Source: Schmidtea polychroa (Eukaryota). From it: 64,000 nt of DNA. Where the stretch lies: assembly GCA_044892525.1 (NCBI GenBank), contig CM097885.1, forward strand, positions 34,164,001 to 34,228,000, in the 5' to 3' direction. Positions 53,034 to 61,869 of this stretch are shown here, one piece after another; position 1 is the first letter of the stretch; each line of letters begins with the position of its first letter. The translations under genes were made by a program, and so were the position numbers. The notes beneath the pieces are model-generated. The model searched no databases, was not told where the DNA came from, and saw nothing but the letters and a program-made list of their open reading frames with translations.

Positions 53034-54995
53034 TCATTTAATCTTGGAGACTACTTTCCTCGTTTTCCTACTTGGTCTTGTTAGTAGGTCCTCCTGTTGA
53101 TCACAACTGGAAATTGCGGGAGTAGATGGGATTATATCCAAATCAACAGGCAGCTGTCGTTTCAGAGTCGCATGTTCTTGTAGATCACCCTCCAGAATGT
53201 CGTTAATCTCTATGGATCGAGATGGCTCTTTCACAGCTGCTTCCACCGAGGTGTCTAATCCAGATGTGTTTCTCCTCTGCTCACCATTACTTTCAATCAC
53301 AGATGTCAAGAGGACATCAAGCATGTCTGTGATAATGCAAGTCATATTTGGTGTGCAAATTTTCCTACAATGCTTAGGTATACGGTAGGAGAATTTACTG
53401 TTAGATAAAAATTTCTTTTTGTTTCTAATGATAAAAAAGAGAAATCTTTTAGCTTTTATCATCTCTTCTTCGGATGTGCCTAATTCCATTTGATTAATGT
53501 TGCGGCCCAAATTCTCAAGAACCTTAAGTTGGGCAGCCTTTTGTGGACAGATTTCATCAATTTTGTCAAGAAAGGAATTGATTTTATAGATGGTTTCTGG
53601 AGAGATAATGTTGTGTATTCTATCGATCTCCTCTGACAGTTTCCACTGTCGAAGTTTTAGTAGTCTTTCCTGACAACTAGAAGAGTAGTATGAAAGACTG
53701 GGGATCATATTAATCATCTCCGGACCCCAATTTTCGATGTTGTCGCACCTTAATGTATTGCAATTTTCAATTTTAGTAATTGAGTGCATCAAAAAACAAT
53801 TACGTAAATAGTTTTTAACGTACTCATCAAATGTAGGATTTGAAATGTGTATTATGGTGCCTTTTAAATTTAAATAGTTGATATAATATATTATGTCAAC
53901 CAGTTTAGATGGGGAGTTTGGCTGAGTCAGAAGAGAGTTAAGTATGGGGTCATCTTCTGACATTTTAACAAAATTAATCAATCCCAGGTTGAACATTATA
54001 TCAGACGCATTTTCAGAATGCGGGACTTTAGGAATTTCAGTAATTTTATTAGTTTTAATAAATTTGCCCTTCACAAACGAGATCTCGTTAGGGAAATATT
54101 TTTCTAATTTTAAATCATTAATTAATTTAGTTAGTAAATCAGGATTCTTATTTATATTCTCAGAAAAATATAATTCCTGAATTTCAGGAAACGATTTATA
54201 TAACTCTTTCAACTGTGATCGCGAAAGTTCTAAGGTTTGAAGACTGGTGTTCTCATTACCAGAGTCACAGCTATTGAAAAGATCTAATAAGATAAAATCA
54301 CCTTCAGAAAATTTTATCTGTGATCTTATCAAGAAATCGGGAAGTTCACGTCGTTGTTTCATTCCATTCAAGATGTTATTTGTCTGTGCCGCTCTTTGAT
54401 TTATATTTTTGATGGTAGCCGTCTCTGCGAGCTTATGTGAGAGGGAATACAAAAATCTTTTAATTACAGAGGATGCAGGGATAAAACTATCAACATATTT
54501 GTTAGTTTTAACAATATTTGAATCTATTAGCGAAATTTTCAATGCACTAGAAGTCTTTATCTCGATCGGGGCTTTCGCTTTATAGTTCAATTTATGGGAA
54601 ACGCATATGTTGTGGTTTCTGTAAAAGAAATGTGAAAAATCCACGATCGACAAAGGATTATCATTTCCAGATATAGAAGCTAATTCTTTATTTATTGTTT
54701 GAAATTTATTCAGAGTTTCCCGAGACTTAATTAATTTACCTAATTTTGGAAAAAGTTTTATCAAATTTATTTTCTCCGTCCTTGAAAGAGTTCTTACATA
54801 AGATGGGAAAATTGAATTTGAGTATTTTTTGTTATTAATCAAATTTTTGCTTTTAAAATATTTTGTATTTTGATACATTTTATTTTTCAAAAGGCCTTTG
54901 TTTTCTTTAGCCAAAAAATTTGAATCGTTTTTTTCAACTTTAATTATATTTAATTTTGATTTGTTTAAGTTATTTAATTTAATATTAGATAACAT
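53034..54995 (-). CDS. Retrotransposon polyprotein N-terminal region, unknown function
   Basis: 653-aa ORF in frame with upstream ATG 55679 and the downstream protease/RT. Confidence 0.75.
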   Translation of the reverse strand: MLSNIKLNNLNKSKLNIIKVEKNDSNFLAKENKGLLKNKMYQNTKYFKSKNLINNKKYSNSIFPSYVRTLSRTEKINLIKLFPKLGKLIKSRETLNKFQTINKELASISGNDNPLSIVDFSHFFYRNHNICVSHKLNYKAKAPIEIKTSSALKISLIDSNIVKTNKYVDSFIPASSVIKRFLYSLSHKLAETATIKNINQRAAQTNNILNGMKQRRELPDFLIRSQIKFSEGDFILLDLFNSCDSGNENTSLQTLELSRSQLKELYKSFPEIQELYFSENINKNPDLLTKLINDLKLEKYFPNEISFVKGKFIKTNKITEIPKVPHSENASDIMFNLGLINFVKMSEDDPILNSLLTQPNSPSKLVDIIYYINYLNLKGTIIHISNPTFDEYVKNYLRNCFLMHSITKIENCNTLRCDNIENWGPEMINMIPSLSYYSSSCQERLLKLRQWKLSEEIDRIHNIISPETIYKINSFLDKIDEICPQKAAQLKVLENLGRNINQMELGTSEEEMIKAKRFLFFIIRNKKKFLSNSKFSYRIPKHCRKICTPNMTCIITDMLDVLLTSVIESNGEQRRNTSGLDTSVEAAVKEPSRSIEINDILEGDLQEHATLKRQLPVDLDIIPSTPAISSCDQQEDLLTRPSRKTRKVVSKIK

Positions 54996-55783
54996 TTGTT
55001 CTTCAAATTTAGGTAAATAAAATTCTACTTTTCGAATTTTATTATTAACAGTTATTTTTAATTCAGGTTCCAGATATCCACATGCCTGAGCCTGATCGTC
55101 AAGAGAAGGGCCACTCCGGATAACCGAATCGGAACTCGATATTTTTAAAAATAAATTTTTATTTAAATTTTTTACTTCATTTCTAGTTAAGTAATTAGTA
55201 TAATTAGGATCATTATTATCATTATATATATATGTTCTAGATCCAGCATTTAAGGGTTTATTTATAATTTTAGGTTTAATTATATTTAAAGACTTTGAAT
55301 TATTTCTTAATTTAGTAATATAAGAAATTTTTTTATTTAATTTATGTTTTTGATTTTGAAAATCATTTACTTTATTTTGATAAGAATTATATTTATCAGA
55401 ATGAAATCCATTACTAAAATTGTTTTTAAATTCATTATTTTTTACAAAATTATTTAAAAGAGAAGCATTGGCATTCTCAGGTTATAAACTGTAATCTAGA
55501 TTTATATAGTTCAAAAATAAATCAATCTTACGTTTAATTTCCAGAAATCCATCCTCAATCGAAAACATCCTACTTGACAAGTCCAAAAGGCCATCTTCCA
55601 TGGAAATCAGTCCAGAATCTAATCTAGGCATATTTTCATTTGAACGTTGTGCATATAAATAGTTTTTGTCGATATCCATTTGTTAAAATTAACAATCAAT
55701 TTGCTACTGATAGATTGAAAGTAGTTATAATAATTTCAAATTTTCGTCTGTCACAATTTTTTAGCTAAATCAATTAATTTAAT

Positions 55784-55856
55784 TGCCGCGAACCGGGATC
55801 GAACCAGTGACCTTTAGATCTTCAGTCTAACGCTCTCCCAACTGAGCTATCGCGGC
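55784..55856 (-). tRNA. tRNA-Phe (GAA), complete, T5 terminator replaced by retrotransposon 5' end
   Basis: GCCGCGATAGCTCAGTTGGGAGAGCGTTAGACTGAAGATCTAAAGGTCACTGGTTCGATCCCGGTTCGCGGCA; all stems pair. Confidence 0.97.
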
Positions 55857-56027
55857 TTATTTACAATAACAGACATCAGCTCATCACTGGTAAATTCCAC
55901 TAGAGCTTTATTTTCAAATTTTCATCAAACACCAATCTTATTTCCAACGTTCAAATTCATTATCATTTGAATTCAGATCAATATAATATTTCAATTTCAA
56001 TATTTGACAAGTGACATAAATTTTTTC

Positions 56028-56032
56028 AAAAA
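56028..56032 (-). terminator. Pol III T5 terminator
   Basis: TTTTT 6 nt after the tRNA 3' end. Confidence 0.7.
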
Positions 56033-56038
56033 TTTAAT

Positions 56039-56111
56039 TGCCGCGAACCGGGATCGAACCAGTGACCTTTAGATCTTCAGTCTAACGCTCTCCCAACTGA
56101 GCTATCGCGGC
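56039..56111 (-). tRNA. tRNA-Phe (GAA), complete
   Basis: Identical 73-nt cloverleaf followed by ATTAAATTTTT. Confidence 0.97.
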
Positions 56112-56203
56112 TTATTTACAATAACAGACATCAGCTCATCACTGGTAAATTCCACTAGAGCTTTATTTTGTTGGGCTAGAACTGATTTCTAGACCCAAAA
56201 TAC

Positions 56204-56855
56204 TAATTGTGACTGAAACGTGTAGGTACACAGCAAGTAAAAAGCACCAAGTATAGTTAAATATTAAAACCTACACCAAATAAACAATATTAACTAAAGG
56301 AGAAAGCAACAAAAACATAAACAAAGAAATTAAATAAAATTATACAAATGCAAGAAGTGATGCAAAAATCTAACTCAAAAATAACCAAATAAACATAACA
56401 TTACCAAAAGCAAACTCGAATAACTTAAAAGACGATAAAAACAGTAAAACATTCCAGAAAAACCCAGAACATTCTATAAAATGGCGATGACCATCACAAA
56501 AGTCATCTAGAACAACAAAAGTTAAGGAAAATAAATAAATTAGTATTAAAAAAAAAAAAAAATCTCAAAAAGAATTCATAAAAACATCAGTTAAAATAAA
56601 AATTAAATTAAAAGTAAAATAGAATGTTCTGGAACCGTTCCAAATCCATCATGGACGTAAAATTAATGAAAAATAATTAAAAAATAAAAATATAAAAATA
56701 AAAACAAAAATTATGGCACAAAAATTGCCATTAAAAATAGCAAAATCGTAAAATAGAAAATTCTGGAATAAAAAGAATTCGAGTTTGTTTTAATGCATCA
56801 ATACATACACGTGTACAAAATAGGTATATATACTGACACGTTTCAGTCAGAATTA
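56204..56855. repeat. Segment bounded by 20-bp inverted repeats (possible nested element)
   Basis: taattgtgactgaaacgtgt / acacgtttcagtcagaatta, 19/20 match. Confidence 0.7.
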
Positions 56856-58474
56856 ACCATTATTTTATGCCAAAATTTTTGTGTCAACAAAATATCAACA
56901 GTGAGTACGATTGATTCATTTTATCTATTATTATTTTATTTTATTATTATGTATTGTTGTCTCAACTATGTTAAGCTATTAAAATGTTTTATATTTTGAA
57001 TTTGTTTAATTAAAGTTTTTTTTTGATGTACGAATGTTCAACGGCGTACCGGTATTCCTGCGTCGTTGTTCAGTCCTGCATTTAATTTTTGAATTTGATT
57101 TCACATGCACACATACATTATTTATATTATACTAATCACTTATTACATGGCTCTTTTTGTGTTCGGGTCCTTCGGAGGTCGAACTACTTCATGGTCCTGC
57201 CATGGAGTTAGGTCGAGGAAAACCTCCGTCTGACTCTTTGTATTTATGTAAGGTCGACCGTAAATGGTTGACTCAACACATAACACTAAGGTTTGTGGAA
57301 GTGGTCACAGTGGGGCCATGGAAGCAATATTCTTCCCGACTCATTACGTAATATACAATTAAACTCAACACTTAAAATTCTGAACAAATAACTCCACACT
57401 AAGGTCCTAATCTGAGTAGAACTCATACTTAAATTGACACAATTATACAAATCACAGCAATGTAGATGGTTGATCAGTTATGCTTAGACATATGCCGAAT
57501 TGGGTTTTCGTAACAGTCGTTTATAGTAATCAGAGTAATGGAAAGGTTAAAGATATTCGGCATACGTGTAAGTATAACATAATCTAGTTAAGTCTTCGAA
57601 TCAATATAACTGTAAATATTCCGGACCCCAAAAATTAAGATGCGAAATCCCATCTTAACATACTTATAAGTACTCGGTTGTAATAATCTTTTATGTTGAT
57701 TATAAAACTACAGGTGATAAATGACTATGTCGTTGTAGGTACGAATTATAGCCAGAGAATATAAATTAGGAATTCAGAAATTGAGGTATAAATCGGGAAT
57801 GGTAATGACCAATCTCCTAATGTAAAAAGTCAATCAACTTGAAACTAGTTATACATAGATATACTGCAACTCTGAAGTGATAAAATGATACCCAGAAATC
57901 GGTAAGACAATGTTGATAATAGAAAGGGAAGTTAGAAAGAAGTATACCAAGCTGACCAAAAATTAGAACCCAAAAATATGAAATTATAAATTAGGAATAC
58001 CGAATTACAAATTGTAAATCATAAAACCTAAAATTTTAAATCAGAAAATATAAAATCATAAATGGTAGAATATCGGATTATAACTTATAAGATATAAAAT
58101 TATAATTTACGAAATATAAATGGATAAATTATAAAATATGAAATTTTTAATTGTAAACGATAAAATTATAAATTATAAAATATCAATTCCTAAATTACAA
58201 AATATAAAAATTATGAATTGCAAAATAAAAATTTATAAACTATAAAACTTAAATTTGCAAGTTATAAAATATAAAATTATAAATTATAATTACCTATAAA
58301 CTATAACCACCTATATATTACTTAACAAAATGGTATAAATATAGAGTATGAAAAAACTAGAATTAATACTTAACTTAGAAATTTCGAAATATATATAGTT
58401 ACAATAAGCTTGCCTCTAAGTACAAAAATCCCTTTAAGATTATAAAATAACTGTAAAATTTTTGTAATTCTTAA

Positions 58475-58970
58475 TATCATCACTAGGGTTTCTATTAATA
58501 TTACTAATATTATTAGTATTACCATTATCACTAGTATCATTATTATCCCTATTCGTATCATTATTATTACTATCATTATTATTAATATGATCACTATTAT
58601 TATTATTATTATTACTATTATTACTATTATTATTGTTATTATTGTTAATATTATCACTATTATTATTATCATGATAATCATTATTATTATCATTATTATT
58701 ATTATTATTTTCATTATTATTATTATTATTATTACTACTATCATTATTAATATTATCATTATGATTATTATTACTCTTATTATTATTATTATGATTGATA
58801 TTATTATTATTATTAATCTCGTTATCATTACTATCCTCATTACGACCATTATTATTATCATTATCCTTATTATTATTATCGTTACCATGGTTATTATTGT
58901 TATCCCGGTTGTTGCTATTAGTACTATTAGCGATAAGTTATATACGACTTGACTATTATTATTACTAATA
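58475..58970. repeat. Degenerate (ATT/ATC/ACT)n triplet repeat
   Basis: Direct reading. Confidence 0.9.
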
Positions 58971-59003
58971 CTGCCCTTAATATATATAATTTAATTGTAG
59001 ATA

Positions 59004-59006
<3 letters not shown>

Positions 59007-59069
<63 letters not shown>
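59007..59069. repeat. (TA)n microsatellite
   Basis: Direct reading. Confidence 0.95.
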
Positions 59070-59070
<1 letters not shown>

Positions 59071-59959
59071 TTAGTCATGGTGGAATATATTAGTAAATGC
59101 ATAAATATTATACTGATTATATGGTATCATTATTACTACTTATAAAAATCAATATCCCAATCTGATATTGATTTTAGGATTTCCCCAATAAATTAAATAT
59201 AGAAACAACCCTTTGAGCCAATCAGAGGGATCAGAATTCGGAAAAACTATTTTTAGCAACACCCCCCCCCCTCTGGGAGAATGTTACCATTATTCAAGCC
59301 ACCTAGGGATGTGAATAAGGGGGTAGGATCAGCTATGCAAGTTAACACTGAATATATAATCAAACTTAAGTTTTATCAAATCAACCTAAACGAGAAATTT
59401 TATTCATCAAATTGCCTTGAATAATAAAGTACTGTACACCCGGGTTATAGATGCCAAGCACCATGATTTTCACCTAAGAACGAGAAGCCGAACTCCAGGA
59501 GCTGAATCTCTAACTCTCCAGCTGAAAAACGATCGCCAAATTGTCCCTAAATTAAACACATACGATGAAAGAATAAATTACCCCAAATGCATAGACGATG
59601 ATTTTACCACTTATAACGAATACAACCAGGGGAAGAGTAAGTGGGCAAGAGACTGAGCTCGTCACTAGTACCCTTCGCCTGACGTAATCGCATTTAGTGG
59701 AAATATTCACATCTACAGAAAATTACCTAAAATTTTCCAAAATTTTAACTTATAAAATTCAAATTACCAACTAGTGGTAAATAAATGACGAATGATTAAA
59801 TTAATAATTTAAAACAAAACCATTTTTTTTTGAGATTTTCGGATCGGGTATGGATTTTCTGATGTTAACACTTAACTCTAATGAATTTTTATTTAATTAA
59901 AAAGTATATCAATAGATTAAATAAAATTTGGTCATGTGAGAAGGATTTATATTAATTAC

Positions 59960-60059
59960 AATAAATTTAGTAGTATAATAAATTTAGTAGTATAATAAAT
60001 TTAGTAGTATAATAAATTTAGTAGTATAATAAATTTAGTAGTATAATAAATTTAGTAGT
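59960..60059. repeat. 17-bp tandem repeat x~6
   Basis: aataaatttagtagtat. Confidence 0.93.
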
Positions 60060-60162
60060 TAAGTACTATTGATTTTGAACAAGAACTTTCTGTATGTTTG
60101 TTGTGACATCTATTTATAAGCCACGTTGGCTACGAGCGGGCCTTAATATTCATATTATAGAC

Positions 60163-60528
60163 ATGTCGCAATCGAGCTCTAGCAGTGACGAGGGTACTGA
60201 CCATCAGATGATCACCCGTCTCCGGACCCGGTACATCTGGCACCATATACATCGGTGGGGTCAGGGAAGGGACCTGGACTGCGCAGATAGAGTGATCCGG
60301 ACGGGCCCCGAAGTAGATGCCCCGGCATGGGTGAAGGTGGAGCCGGGGAATAACCGGTTACAGGAGGCCCGAGATCAAGCAGCCTGGGAGGTGGAAGCCG
60401 CTCAGATGCGACTCAAGAAGATCGAGATGCAAATCAAGGCAGAAAAGGAGGGAGTGCCTCTGGAAGAATTGGAAGAATTCGAGGCACCCATGAGAAAGAG
60501 GGGAAGGCCCCGCAAGCACCCCGCGTAA
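60163..60528 (+). CDS. Orphan 121-aa protein with short coiled coil and C-terminal AT-hook
   Basis: GC-rich island coinciding with the ORF from MSQSSSSSDEG; ends RKRGRPRKHPA. Confidence 0.6.
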   Translation: MSQSSSSSDEGTDHQMITRLRTRYIWHHIHRWGQGRDLDCADRVIRTGPEVDAPAWVKVEPGNNRLQEARDQAAWEVEAAQMRLKKIEMQIKAEKEGVPLEELEEFEAPMRKRGRPRKHPA

Positions 60529-60817
60529 TTGTGAGAGGACAATTCGCTCGACATTGACAATTTGTTTTATATGAACTAATTATTAGGAATCTGCTGTGTT
60601 TTATTTTATCTTTTAATTTTGTATTAATAGACGTCGGGTGTTTATTCTCGAATAAAGTATTCTTATGTGTTTTGTAAATCATTTGATAGATGGGGTGATA
60701 TAAGGATGCCCTAGTAGGAAATGTTAACATTAATTCATTGATTTTAATATTTATCGTTCTAACTTTATTGTTGGGTGTAATGGGAACTAATGAATTTCCT
60801 CTTTAGTGTACAAGCTA

Positions 60818-61276
60818 ATGGAAAATCTCCGGAAGGATCGGGAGCAGGCCCAGCACCAAGCCGACGAACTCCGGGTCCGGGTGGACAAGTTGAAGGGAAA
60901 ATGTCGAGAGTTCGAAGGGACCTGGTTTAGTCCCGAAGCAATGAAAAAGAAAACCGCCCAGATCCTCCAGCTGCAAACGCAGGCCGCCCAAGACCAAATA
61001 GAGATCCGCGCCCTGAAGCTACAGGTGCGGGTGCTCGAAACTGAGAAAAACGAGCAGTTGGTACAAGGGGCCATAGCCAGACAAATACGGCCACTGGCTG
61101 TGGACCTCGCAACTATATATCCCCCAGCCGCTGAAAATAAGCCCAAAAGGAAACGGCTTGGCCGAAATATTCGGGAGAAATTGAAGAAAGCTAGGCTGGC
61201 CGAATACGAGCGGCAAGCAAATTCGTCACCAGCAGCCACGACGAAATTGGCCAGTCCTACCAATAAGCCTGTTTGA
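60818..61276 (+). CDS. Orphan 152-aa coiled-coil protein with basic NLS-like tail
   Basis: GC-rich island coinciding with the ORF; heptad-like Q/E/L/K-rich N-terminal half; KPKRKRL. Confidence 0.6.
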   Translation: MENLRKDREQAQHQADELRVRVDKLKGKCREFEGTWFSPEAMKKKTAQILQLQTQAAQDQIEIRALKLQVRVLETEKNEQLVQGAIARQIRPLAVDLATIYPPAAENKPKRKRLGRNIREKLKKARLAEYERQANSSPAATTKLASPTNKPV

Positions 61277-61802
61277 ACTTATATTCGGTTTAAGGTGTTT
61301 TGTAGTATATTTGTGTATTGTTGTAGTCTTCAAATAATATGTTCCTTATTAAAATAATGCACATTTTGCAGTGATAAAATAATGACTAGTATAGTTTATG
61401 ATTGCCTGGAAAATGAGAGTTTGTGCATAAGGTTGGGAAAACAATTTTGATAAAGGGACCTGAGGAATCGGACACACACCTTCTATCGGTAGTCCGTGAA
61501 CCCATGGAGTGCTCGACAATTATAGTGCTTTGATGCGCTCACTTTTTGCGAGTACTAAACCCTTGGTACAGTACCAACGTTGATTGCTCAACGGGTACCA
61601 AGAGGAAAACAACGTTGTATTCTGCGTTACGCTGGTAACAGCACTCAAACATTCAACCACCGGTAACCCACCAATTTTCAAATTTTCATCAAACACCAAT
61701 CTTATTTCCAACGTTCAAATTCATTATCATTTGAATTCAGATCAATATAATATTTCAATTTCAATATTTGACAAGTGACATAAATTTTTTCAAAAATTTA
61801 AT

Positions 61803-61869
61803 TGCCGCGAACCGGGATCGAACCAGTGACCTTTAGATCTTCAGTCTAACGCTCTCCCAACTGAGCTAT
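61803..61869 (-). pseudogene. tRNA-Phe lacking nucleotides 1-6 (retrotransposon insertion site)
   Basis: Identical to positions 7-73 of the intact copies; GCCGCG replaced by the element 3' UTR. Confidence 0.93.

Larger units (their letters stand above)
49782..55679 (-). pseudogene. Single retrotransposon polyprotein frame interrupted by three in-frame stops
   Basis: ORFs 55482..55679, 53034..54995, 49983..53027 and 49626..49964 are all in one frame; stops TAA 55482, TGA 53034, TAA 49983 (GAA in copy 2). Confidence 0.85.
49782..55775 (-). mobile_element. NeSL-like RLE-type non-LTR retrotransposon, copy 1 (5'-complete, 3'-truncated, decayed)
   Basis: Ulp1 protease plus non-LTR RT; 8 differences in 247 bp versus copy 2; 5' end abuts tRNA-Phe + 8 nt; identity with copy 2 ends at 49782. 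Confidence 0.92.
55776..56168 (-). repeat. tRNA-Phe tandem array, 255-bp unit (continues 61674-61869)
   Basis: tRNA plus 182-bp spacer repeated with identical sequence. Confidence 0.95.
56169..61673. mobile_element. 5,505-bp TG...CA insertion with 4-bp TSD, probable giant solo LTR (Gypsy-type)
   Basis: Empty site gctttATTTtcaaatt visible in the neighbouring unit; filled site ATTT[TGTTGGGCTA...TAACCCACCA]ATTT; no gag/pol and no internal direct LTR pair seen. Confidence 0.8.

Noticed and set aside
50077..54180. Plus-strand ORFs within the retrotransposon (also 62453-62665)
   Set aside because: Antisense shadows of the long coding frame, with no motifs.
58370..58952. Poly-Ile ORFs and an open poly-Asn frame
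   Set aside because: Expected by-products of a degenerate AAT repeat; single substitutions cannot create stops in the AAT frame, so openness is not evidence of coding.
59417..59656. Third cargo ORF in the 5.5-kb element
   Set aside because: Non-ATG start, short, no motif and a weaker compositional signal.
60787..61263. Minus-strand 158-aa ORF and other overlapping short ORFs
   Set aside because: Antisense shadows; the + strand products have coherent coiled-coil/AT-hook features.
56169..61673. Helitron or complete LTR retrotransposon
   Set aside because: It has a TSD and TG..CA ends rather than TC..CTRR; no paired LTRs, gag or pol inside.
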